From: an archaeon
GTDB lineage: Archaea > Iainarchaeota > Iainarchaeia > Iainarchaeales > CSSED10-239
Reading direction: 5' to 3'
NCBI GenBank assembly: GCA_035357435.1
Contig: DAOPNM010000007.1
Coordinates: 1 to 24,412 of the forward strand
DNA length: 24,412 bases
A program made the position numbers and the translations under genes. Below are positions 7,269 to 15,421 of the stretch, piece after piece. The notes under the pieces are model-generated. The model was not told the DNA's origin and ran no database searches. It worked only from the letters and a program-made list of their open reading frames with translations. How positions within the stretch are numbered: position 1 is the stretch's first letter; each line of letters opens with the position of its first letter.

Positions 7269-8387
7269 ATGTTAGTTAAAGAAAATCACCTCAATTTAAA
7301 TAAAAAAACAAACAATCTAGAAAAAGAGTTACAAAACTATTTTGCAAAAGATTATTATGATGCAAGAAATAAATTTAGAACCATTAGCAAGCAAAAAAAA
7401 CTAAAAGTAACTTCTAAAAAAATAATTAATGACCTAACTTGCGATATAGCTATTTATGAAAAAAAAACAAAATCAAAAATGATAATATTTGTAAGTGGAG
7501 TTCATGGTGTTGAAGGATATGTTGGATCTGCATTTCAAATAATGTTTATTGATAGATATTTAGATATAATCAAAAATAAAACATCTGTTTGTTTTATACA
7601 TGCACTAAATCCATATGGTTTTAAAAATAATAGAAGGGTTAATGAAAACAATGTGGACATTAATAGAAACTTTGCTGATTTCCAAAATATAGAAATAAAT
7701 CCCAAAATTAAGAAAATTATTGAAGAATATAATTATTTATTTTACCCAAAAAATTTTAAAAAAAAAGATTTATACAACTCATTCATGAAATCAATTATCC
7801 AATATGGAAAAAAAGAAACAATAGGCACCATGATTATTGGGCAAAACATTTATCCAAAAGGACTTAATTACACAGGAAACAAATTAGAAAAATCAAGTAA
7901 AATATTTATTGATTTTATTAAAAAAATTACTAAAAATTATAAAGAAGTTATATTAATAGACCTTCATACAGGAACTGGAAAAAAATATAAAATACATGGA
8001 GAAACACACCACCCAATAAAAAGCAAAGAATACAATTATTGTAAAAAAATAGTTCCAAAACTAAATTCCTATTCAAAACAAAAAATATATAATAATTATT
8101 CTTTAGGGTTATATTTTCTTAAAACTAGCAAAGCTAAACAAAACTATGAATTGGTAATTGAATTTGGTACAGTTTCAAATTTTTCAAAAATACAATCCGC
8201 AAAAAAATTAACAGAACTACTATTAAAAGAAAATATTTGTACAAATAAAAAAGTTCCTTTTAAAGAAAAAAATAAAATAAGAACTAAACTTAAAAATGCA
8301 TATTTCCCACAAGATAAAAAATATAAAGTATTTGTATCAAAACAAGTTGATAAAATAGGTAAAAAATTATTAAAGATTAATAACTAA
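7269..8387 (+). CDS. M14-like zinc hydrolase, DUF2817 / succinylglutamate desuccinylase-aspartoacylase-like
   Basis: 372 aa. FVSGVHGVEGYVGS provides the HxxE zinc ligands, and HALNPYGFKNNRRVNENNVDINRNF is the family signature. LIDLHTGTG supplies the third zinc His. A TATA-like TATTTAAA lies 21-28 nt upstream of the ATG. Confidence 0.75.
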   Translation: MLVKENHLNLNKKTNNLEKELQNYFAKDYYDARNKFRTISKQKKLKVTSKKIINDLTCDIAIYEKKTKSKMIIFVSGVHGVEGYVGSAFQIMFIDRYLDIIKNKTSVCFIHALNPYGFKNNRRVNENNVDINRNFADFQNIEINPKIKKIIEEYNYLFYPKNFKKKDLYNSFMKSIIQYGKKETIGTMIIGQNIYPKGLNYTGNKLEKSSKIFIDFIKKITKNYKEVILIDLHTGTGKKYKIHGETHHPIKSKEYNYCKKIVPKLNSYSKQKIYNNYSLGLYFLKTSKAKQNYELVIEFGTVSNFSKIQSAKKLTELLLKENICTNKKVPFKEKNKIRTKLKNAYFPQDKKYKVFVSKQVDKIGKKLLKINN

Positions 8388-8616
8388 TTATTTTAATTAA
8401 ACACATTAAATAAAACACCTAATTACACAATAAGTGGACAAACACTCTCTTTCAAAAAATATATAGTAACTAAAAACATAATATATACAAGAATAAAAAC
8501 AAATTAAATGGTAATTTTTAAAGACAACAATCATTTGTTTATTTATGGATATAGAAAAATTATGAAAAAAATTGAGAACTTTAAAAAAAACAAAACATTA
8601 AAAATGAGAATATAAA

Positions 8617-9285
8617 ATGAAAATAAAAGACATTGCATCTGAAAACAGACCACTTGAAAGGTTAGAAAATAATGGATGTGAGGCTTTATCAAATGTAGAA
8701 CTTCTTGCAATAATTATAAATAGAGGAACCAAAGAAACAAATGCAATTGATTTAGCAAATATTATTTTTAATAAATATTCTTTAGAAAACTTAGAGAATT
8801 GCACATTAACAGAACTTAGGCAAATAAAAGGAATTGGAAAGGTAAAAGCCGCACAAATAAAAGCAGTTTTGGAATTACATAAAAGATTTTCTGTAAACAA
8901 AAAAGAGGTTAATTTAAAAATCTATAATCCACAACAAGTTTATGAAATTTTAAAAGGAGATTTAGAAAACAAAACACAAGAAATTTTGTATGCAATTTAT
9001 TTGCGTGGGGATAACACCATAACTAAAAAAATTATTGCAATGGGCACATATGATCAATCATATATTCCACATAAAGAGATAATAGCTTTTGCTCTTAAAG
9101 AAAATGCAAAAGGGATAATCCTAGCACACAATCATCCAAGTGGATTCTTAGAACCATCAAAAGAAGATAAACAATCAACACAAAAAATTGCAAAAATAGC
9201 AAAAAATTTAGATATGGAGCTTATAGATCATATAATAATAACACATGAAGGATTTTATAGTTTTAGAAAAAATGGGTTAGTTTAA
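8617..9285 (+). CDS. radC: RadC-like JAB/MPN metalloprotease domain protein
   Basis: 222 aa. The N-terminal part reads RPLERL...LSNVELLAIIINRGT, followed by a helix-hairpin-helix (IKGIGKVKAAQI). The JAMM motif GIILAHNHPSGFLEPSKED is intact. Confidence 0.9.
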   Translation: MKIKDIASENRPLERLENNGCEALSNVELLAIIINRGTKETNAIDLANIIFNKYSLENLENCTLTELRQIKGIGKVKAAQIKAVLELHKRFSVNKKEVNLKIYNPQQVYEILKGDLENKTQEILYAIYLRGDNTITKKIIAMGTYDQSYIPHKEIIAFALKENAKGIILAHNHPSGFLEPSKEDKQSTQKIAKIAKNLDMELIDHIIITHEGFYSFRKNGLV

Positions 9286-9307
9286 ATTAGTATTAAAATT
9301 AATTAAA

Positions 9308-10495
9308 TTAATTAGTAATTAAAATATTAAAATTACTCATATTTTGTTTTATAGAATCTAACAATTCTATTTTAATTAAATTTAATTTTTCTAATTTCTG
9401 ATATTCTTTTGAAATTTCATCATTTAAATTACTTATTTCTATTTCAAGTTGAGATTTTTCTCTTTCTAAGTCTTGCAATTTATCTTTAGGAATATTTTTT
9501 TTCATTTGTGTTAATTCTTGTTTTCTGGTAGTGATCTCTTTTCGTTTTATATCAAATTCAGGAGTGTTTAGTTTAGAATCTTCTATTATTTTAAAAAAAT
9601 CAGAACAATCGTTTGTTAAAAAATATTCTTCAAATCTTTCTTTATAATTTTTAATAATTTCCATTTTTTTAGGATCAGAATGATAAATATTTGTTAAGTT
9701 TTTAAAGTCAATCATTGTTTTTAAACTATAAACATCTTTTTCTAAATTATATTCATAAGATTGTATTTCTTCTTTTTGTTTTAATTGTGCCAAATATTCT
9801 TTATCTTGTTTTGTATCATCAATTTCTTTTAATTTCATTGCAATTATATCTTCTTCTTGTTTTAGTTTTTGAGTTAGTTGGTTTGTCTTTTCTTGGGTCT
9901 CAATAATTGTTTTATTAATGTTATGATATTGATTTAATTTATTTTCTATATCCTCAATATTTCTTGATAAATCAATAATATCTTTATTATCATCAACAAT
10001 TTCACTTAGTGCTTTAGAAAAATCAGAAATTGTTTTTCTAATATCAAATAATTCCTTTTTAATTAAATAAATTGCTCTTTGATAATCCATATATGACTTT
10101 TTTTCAAACTCAAAAAAGGTTTTATTAATCCAAGAAACAAATGTTTCTAAGTTTTCTTGCTGATTTAATGATTGAATGTTTCTAATTAAATTTTCAACAT
10201 AATTAAGATATTTAGTTAAATTTTCATTTACAATTTTTTTTAATCTTTCATCAGCATCTATTTTTTGGAAATCTATGTTTTCTAAAGTTTTTATTTGTTC
10301 TTGTATTTCATTAATAAATTCATTTGATCTTTGATTTATTAAAGAAAAAATTTGTTTTTCTCTTTCATTTATTTCATTTTTTTTTGTCTGTAGCCATAGT
10401 TGTAGTTTATCTATTGGAATTACATTTGAAGGGGTAGAGGATACTGTAACTTGCTTTTTTTTTTGTTTTTTTTTTAATATTTTAGAAAAACACAT
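9308..10495 (-). CDS. Hypothetical coiled-coil protein
   Basis: 395 aa. It has a short basic N-terminus (KKKQKKKQ) and then near-continuous heptad-like K/E/N/I-rich sequence. No catalytic motif or TM segment was recognised. Confidence 0.6.
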   Translation of the reverse strand: MCFSKILKKKQKKKQVTVSSTPSNVIPIDKLQLWLQTKKNEINEREKQIFSLINQRSNEFINEIQEQIKTLENIDFQKIDADERLKKIVNENLTKYLNYVENLIRNIQSLNQQENLETFVSWINKTFFEFEKKSYMDYQRAIYLIKKELFDIRKTISDFSKALSEIVDDNKDIIDLSRNIEDIENKLNQYHNINKTIIETQEKTNQLTQKLKQEEDIIAMKLKEIDDTKQDKEYLAQLKQKEEIQSYEYNLEKDVYSLKTMIDFKNLTNIYHSDPKKMEIIKNYKERFEEYFLTNDCSDFFKIIEDSKLNTPEFDIKRKEITTRKQELTQMKKNIPKDKLQDLEREKSQLEIEISNLNDEISKEYQKLEKLNLIKIELLDSIKQNMSNFNILITN

Positions 10496-10562
10496 ATTTT
10501 GTCTTTTTTGGTTTTTTAAAAAACAATATTTATTTTATCTACCAAAACATATATAAAATAAG

Positions 10563-11672
10563 TTATTTAGAGTTCTCTAAATAATCTTTTAAAAAAATAG
10601 TTTTAAACTTTTCAAATTGATTTTTCTTAATTGAGGTTCTTGCATTTTCAGTTAATTTATGCATAAATCTAATATTATGAATAGATAATAAAATCATTGC
10701 ATTTGGCTCTTTGATTCTATAAAGGTGATGAAGATATGCTCTTGTATGGTTTCTACAAGTATAACAGTCACAGTTTTTGTCAATAGGGGTAAATGAATAT
10801 TCGTGGTTTTTATGATATATCTTTAAAGGACCATTTTTTGTAAAAACAACTCCATGTCTAGCCATTCTTGTTGGATAAACAGAATCAAAACAATCAATAC
10901 CTCTAGAAATACATTCTAAAATATCTTCTGGGGAACCAACACCCATCAAATATTTAAACTTGCTTTTATCTATTTCTGGGAGAGAAGCATCTATTGCCTT
11001 ATACATTTTAGGTTTAGGTTCACCTATTGCTAAACCACCAATACCTATGCCATCAAAAGGCATATTATTAAGTGATAAAGCACATTCTTTTCTAAGATCT
11101 TTATAAACACCTCCTTGAACAATTCCAAAAATTTGTTGTGTTTTTAAATTGTGTGCTTTAAGAGATCTCTGTGCCCAATCAATGGTAATATCTACTGCCT
11201 TTTTAAATTCTTTTTTTGTATGATTTGGTGTTAGCATATCATCTAAAACCATCATTATATCAGAACCTATAATTTTATTTATTTTTACAACATCTTCAGG
11301 ACTATAAAAACAAAGATCACCATTAAATGGAGATCTAAATTTTAAACCTTGTTCATTTAAACTAACAAATAATGTAGGATCTCCACCTTGAAAACCACCA
11401 CTATCTGTAATAATTGGTTTTTTCCAATTTATAAAATTATGATAACCTTTTGTCTGTTTAAGAATAGAAAGGCCAGGTTTAAGAGAAAGTAAAAAAGCAT
11501 TTGAAATAAACATTTGTGTATTTAATTCCTCTAATTCCCTAAAAGTTAAATATTTCCCTGCCCCTTTTGTAACAACAGGAAGGAAAATAGGTGTCTGAAT
11601 GTTTCCATGAGCTGTTTTTAATGTTCCTGTTCTAGCACAACTATTTTTATCATTATAAATAATTTGAAACAT
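10563..11672 (-). CDS. tgt: tRNA-guanine transglycosylase, catalytic domain only, bacterial/eukaryotic (queuine) type
   Basis: 369 aa. Recognised motifs are ITDSGGFQ, GIVQGG, GGLAIGE, YLMGVGSPEDI and DSVYPTRMARHG. The Zn site is CDCYTCRNHTRAYLHHL, against E. coli CDCYTCRNYSRAYLHHL from memory. The C-terminal C1/C2/PUA domains of ArcTGT are absent. Confidence 0.9.
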   Translation of the reverse strand: MFQIIYNDKNSCARTGTLKTAHGNIQTPIFLPVVTKGAGKYLTFRELEELNTQMFISNAFLLSLKPGLSILKQTKGYHNFINWKKPIITDSGGFQGGDPTLFVSLNEQGLKFRSPFNGDLCFYSPEDVVKINKIIGSDIMMVLDDMLTPNHTKKEFKKAVDITIDWAQRSLKAHNLKTQQIFGIVQGGVYKDLRKECALSLNNMPFDGIGIGGLAIGEPKPKMYKAIDASLPEIDKSKFKYLMGVGSPEDILECISRGIDCFDSVYPTRMARHGVVFTKNGPLKIYHKNHEYSFTPIDKNCDCYTCRNHTRAYLHHLYRIKEPNAMILLSIHNIRFMHKLTENARTSIKKNQFEKFKTIFLKDYLENSK

Positions 11673-11683
11673 AATCTACCTTT

Positions 11684-12928
11684 TTAAAAATTAAAATGAC
11701 CAAAAATAGTTTGCCCAGTTTTTATGTTTTCTATACCAAAGGTAATAAATAAGATAATTAACATAAAGATAGCTAAAAACAAATACACATAATTAAGTGT
11801 AAAATAAACTAATAATACTGACAAAGATAATCTTGCAATTATATTAAATACACTTTCACTTGTTTTATAAATACCATAATACAAAGGAACATCAACAGAT
11901 CTTGTTAATTTAAAAAAATACGCTTCTGTTGTTGGTTCAATAAATGCTGCACCTATACCTGTTAATATCATAAAAAACAAAGATAAACGCATATTGTAAC
12001 TAAAAACAAATGCTAAAATAGAACATAAAGCAATAATAGAATAACCAATTATAAAAAAAGATTTTATGTTTAAATTTACAAACCTTTTATTTATAAATAA
12101 TTCAAATAGAATTAAAGGGATCATTACACTTCCTAAAAATACACCTATCATATATGTTGATAAACCACTCTCTAATATTAGAAGAGGCATAAAAATATAA
12201 ATTACTGACCAATAAATATATAAACCACCTCTTAAAACAAACAACCTAATATTTTCTTTGTTTAAAAAATATGTTTTTATATTAAAAAAAACATCAGTTA
12301 AATCCAATTGTTTTGTATATGCTGTTTTGAATTCAATGTCATGCTTATAAGAATCTATTTTAAATATTAAAAAAAACAAATAACTTATAAAAAAAGCAGC
12401 ACCTGCTATTAAAAAATTATATTTTATATTTAAGTTGAAAATTACAATACTTGCGATAAATGGACCAACCATCCAACCAATATTATTAAATCCATAAAAA
12501 TGTTCTTCTGTTCTTTGGATGTTCTCTAAACTTGTTGTACCTCTCAATAAAACTGCAGTGTTTTCCCATTGAACTGTTGTTGCCATAAAATATAAACAAC
12601 ATAAAACAATAAACCAATAAATATTATTAAAAAAAAATAATAAAACAAGAATAGCAACAGTTAATAATGTACAATATATCCATACTTTTTTTGTGGGGTA
12701 TTTAGAAAAAAGTTGTGTTAAGAAAACATAACTAAAAAAAACAACTAATGTTAAAAGAGCAGTAATCAATCCAACTTGTGAAGGGTTATTTATTAAATTC
12801 TCTAAAAAAAGGCTATACACTGTATTAAATATTGCTAAACCAATACTTACAACAAATGTCACAAACATAAGTTTAGATGATGGCTTTTGTAAAATTGGAA
12901 AATAGCCATATTTTTGTGAATCAAACAT
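11684..12928 (-). CDS. MFS-type polytopic membrane transporter
   Basis: 414 aa with about 12 hydrophobic segments arranged 6+6 around a central loop (KIDSYKHDIEFKTAYTKQ). The Gly-rich helix NNIGWMVGPFIAS is typical of MFS. The substrate is unknown. Confidence 0.65.
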   Translation of the reverse strand: MFDSQKYGYFPILQKPSSKLMFVTFVVSIGLAIFNTVYSLFLENLINNPSQVGLITALLTLVVFFSYVFLTQLFSKYPTKKVWIYCTLLTVAILVLLFFFNNIYWFIVLCCLYFMATTVQWENTAVLLRGTTSLENIQRTEEHFYGFNNIGWMVGPFIASIVIFNLNIKYNFLIAGAAFFISYLFFLIFKIDSYKHDIEFKTAYTKQLDLTDVFFNIKTYFLNKENIRLFVLRGGLYIYWSVIYIFMPLLILESGLSTYMIGVFLGSVMIPLILFELFINKRFVNLNIKSFFIIGYSIIALCSILAFVFSYNMRLSLFFMILTGIGAAFIEPTTEAYFFKLTRSVDVPLYYGIYKTSESVFNIIARLSLSVLLVYFTLNYVYLFLAIFMLIILFITFGIENIKTGQTIFGHFNF

Positions 12929-12962
12929 ATTTTTTCCTTTTTTAGATTATTTCTTTTTTCAT

Positions 12963-13349
12963 TTAAAATAAAACATAATTTCCAAAACACAAAACAAAAA
13001 CTACACTAAATAAAATATAGATTGCTAATCTTGGTAAATATTCATAAATTGGAAAATTCTTTATTTTTAATTGCTTTATATTTTGTATATCTTTATTTTC
13101 TAAAACTAATTTCCCTTTCAAATTAAGTTTGCCCATAACTTCTTTTGAAAGATATTCTTTTGCAATAACGTCCCCTTCTTCTAATTTCGAAACAGACTTT
13201 TGTTTCAGATAAATATACTTATTAATTTCTGGTTGGAAAATACTTACCAAAAGACCTAATAAAATTGGAATTAATAGTATATATAGATATTTAGACATAT
13301 TCCCAATAAATATAGATAAACAAATTACAACTATAAAAAAAATAAACAA
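12963..13349 (-). CDS. Membrane protein, probably the C-terminal part of the upstream A24 peptidase (see findings)
   Basis: 128 aa as listed, but the listed start is a TTG inside a T8 run and has no SD. It has two N-terminal TM helices, a soluble segment of about 65 aa and a C-terminal TM helix. Its frame is exactly -1 relative to the peptidase ORF, which it overlaps by 19 nt. Confidence 0.5.
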   Translation of the reverse strand: MFIFFIVVICLSIFIGNMSKYLYILLIPILLGLLVSIFQPEINKYIYLKQKSVSKLEEGDVIAKEYLSKEVMGKLNLKGKLVLENKDIQNIKQLKIKNFPIYEYLPRLAIYILFSVVFVLCFGNYVLF

Positions 13350-13816
13350 AAATAAATTATTAAAACTAAATTTTTTCTTTTACTAACTAATTGCTTCATC
13401 TTTTGGGAGCCTAATTTTTTGTATAAAACTATTAAATATTTTAGAGAAACAAACAATACAGAAAACAAACAAGAAATTAAAACAACCCATAGAATCAATA
13501 ATTCACCTTGATAATAAGGCAAAACAAAATGGATACCTAAAAATAATTTTATATCTCCACCACCAAGTTTTCCATAATAATAAAAGAAAAAACCCAATAT
13601 ATAAATTACAATACCAATACCTAATACTTTAAAAAAATACAATTTACCTAATGGAACTAACGCAAAAAAAGAATCGTAAATTAAAAATAATAAACCAATA
13701 ATTATTAAAGGTACACTTAACCAATTATGAATATATCCTTTTTTCATATCAGTATATGCACTAATTCCACATGCAATAATTAAAATAACCATTTTTAAAA
13801 TAAACAAATCAATCAT
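13331..13816 (-). CDS. A24-family prepilin/preflagellin peptidase (FlaK/PibD/EppA-like), apparently truncated at 161 aa
   Basis: Both catalytic Asp motifs are present in a polytopic membrane protein: ISAYTDMKKGYI (Asp after TM1) and GKLGGGDIKLFLG (GxGD). Confidence 0.8.
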   Translation of the reverse strand: MIDLFILKMVILIIACGISAYTDMKKGYIHNWLSVPLIIIGLLFLIYDSFFALVPLGKLYFFKVLGIGIVIYILGFFFYYYGKLGGGDIKLFLGIHFVLPYYQGELLILWVVLISCLFSVLFVSLKYLIVLYKKLGSQKMKQLVSKRKNLVLIIYFCLFFL

Positions 13817-13845
13817 AAAAAATCATTTTTAAAAATTTAAAAAAT

Positions 13846-15252
13846 TTATGTAAACTTCATATTTTTAGTCATTTGTTCCAATTTAGACATATCCATATCT
13901 TTAAATTTAGACATATCTATATTCTTCCCACCCATCATTTTTTTAGCCATATTTTCCATGCCAGAACTACCTAATTTTTTAAAGAGTTTTTTCATTTTTT
14001 TAACATGTGAAATTAATTCTTTTACATCTTCTGGTGTTGTTCCAGAACCTTTAGCAATTCTATTTATTCTAGATTTTGTTAAAGCAGACGGTTCCATATC
14101 CAATTCTTGTTTTGTAAAAGAATTTAAAATAACTCTAAATTTTTTAATCTTTTCTTCACCTAACGCCATTTGATCTTTTGGTATTCTTCCACCAATCCCT
14201 AAAAAGTTCATAACTTTTGTTAATGGCCCCATTTTTTTTGCAGCATCTAATTGTTGCTTAAAAAGTTTGAAAGTAAATTCTCCTTTTAAAATATCTTCAG
14301 GATTAATATCTTTCATATCTTCTTGTATATCTGCTTCATTAATTTTTTCTAGAAGAGATTGAAGATCACCAAACCCTAAGATTCTTGAAAGATATCTATT
14401 AGCATCAAATATTTCTAAATCATCTAACTTTTCTCCTGTACCTATAAAATAAATTGGTGATTTTGTTATATAACAGGCAGTTAAGGCACCACCACCTTTT
14501 GCAGAACCATCTAGTTTTGTAATTATTACACCATTTACACCAATTGCTTGATTAAACCTTTCAGCTTGCTCTTTTGCAGATTGACCCATATCTGCAGAGA
14601 TTACAAGAAAACAATATTTTGGTTTGAAGACAGAATATATTTCTTTTAATTCTGTAATTAATTCTTCATCTAATGCACTTCTTCCAGCAGAATCAACAAT
14701 TATAAGATTTGCACCTTTATTTTTAAGAAAATCAAGACCTTCTAATGTCACTTTTTTTGCTGATTTTTCATTTTTGTTCCCATAAAATAGAAAATCTCCT
14801 TGTGTAGAAAGCTGCTGTAACTGTTCATAAGCTGCAGGCCTATAAGTATCTGCACAAATTACACCAGGATTAAGCCCTCTTTTTTTATAAAATTTAGCTA
14901 ATTTTCCAACACTTGTTGTTTTACCTGAACCAAACAGGCCACATAATAAAATAGATTCAGGATTTTCTGGTAATTTAATTTTTGTGCCTTCTAAATCTCC
15001 ACCAATATATTTTAATAAAATTTCATAACAAGTTTTTACTATATGTTCCTTTCTTGTAATACCAGGAGGAAGATCCTCCAAAGCTTTTTCTTCAATTTCT
15101 TTTGAAATTTTTAAAACAAGTTGTATATTTACATCTGAGGAAATTAATGCTTTTTGAATATCTTTAATAATCTCTTTAATTAAAGATTTATCGGGATGTA
15201 CAGAAAATCTAACTTTATCAATTGCATCTCTTAATTTATCTTCAAAACCCAT
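13846..15252 (-). CDS. srp54: Signal recognition particle protein SRP54
   Basis: 468 aa. The NG domain shows GLFGSGKTTSVGKLA, DTYRPAA, DSAGR and TKLDGSAKGGGAL. The M domain is Met-rich (MENMAKKMMGGKNIDMSKFKDMDMSKLEQM). Confidence 0.95.
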   Translation of the reverse strand: MGFEDKLRDAIDKVRFSVHPDKSLIKEIIKDIQKALISSDVNIQLVLKISKEIEEKALEDLPPGITRKEHIVKTCYEILLKYIGGDLEGTKIKLPENPESILLCGLFGSGKTTSVGKLAKFYKKRGLNPGVICADTYRPAAYEQLQQLSTQGDFLFYGNKNEKSAKKVTLEGLDFLKNKGANLIIVDSAGRSALDEELITELKEIYSVFKPKYCFLVISADMGQSAKEQAERFNQAIGVNGVIITKLDGSAKGGGALTACYITKSPIYFIGTGEKLDDLEIFDANRYLSRILGFGDLQSLLEKINEADIQEDMKDINPEDILKGEFTFKLFKQQLDAAKKMGPLTKVMNFLGIGGRIPKDQMALGEEKIKKFRVILNSFTKQELDMEPSALTKSRINRIAKGSGTTPEDVKELISHVKKMKKLFKKLGSSGMENMAKKMMGGKNIDMSKFKDMDMSKLEQMTKNMKFT

Positions 15253-15276
15253 AATTTATCTTTATTTTTGTTATAA

Positions 15277-15284
15277 AATATAAA
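15277..15284 (-). promoter_or_regulatory. Candidate TATA box for srp54 (leaderless transcript)
   Basis: The minus strand reads TTTATATT at -32..-25 relative to the srp54 ATG, and there is no SD. The same spacing is seen upstream of the pilin, nuclease and DUF2817 ATGs. TATA-like strings are common in DNA this AT-rich, so support is weak. Confidence 0.3.
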
Positions 15285-15375
15285 GAAGTAACAGTTTATA
15301 AATAGTTTCTAAAAAATTTTATTTGCTTTATTTCATAAGGCTTTAGAGCTAACAAATTTCTAAAATGTAACCAAA

Positions 15376-15421
15376 TTGGAACTGTTTCCAAAGAAAAAAA
15401 CAAACTTAAAAAAATAAAAAT
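15376..15421 (-). terminator. Candidate tyrS terminator: oligo-T tracts followed by a small hairpin
   Basis: Immediately 3' of the tyrS stop, the minus strand reads ATTTTTATTTTTTTAAGTTTGTTTTTTTCT. The hairpin TTGGAA-ACAG-TTCCAA follows at 15376-15391. Archaeal termination at oligo-T is established. Confidence 0.35.

Noticed and set aside
8508-8615. 35-codon ORF (MVIFKDNNHLFIYGYRKIMKKIENFKKNKTLKMRI) ending 1 nt before the radC ATG
   Set aside because: It is short and has no SD. The RadC N-terminus is already complete by comparison with the family. An open frame of this length is not improbable by chance. It is kept only as a possible uORF.
8598-8900. 100-aa minus-strand ORF overlapping the radC 5' half
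   Set aside because: It is antisense to a well-supported RadC gene and has no motif, so it is a shadow ORF.
9715-9906. 63-aa plus-strand ORF inside the coiled-coil gene
   Set aside because: It is an antisense shadow of K/E/Q-rich codons (L/F-rich product).
13958-14173. 71-aa plus-strand ORF inside srp54
   Set aside because: It is antisense to an unambiguous SRP54 gene.
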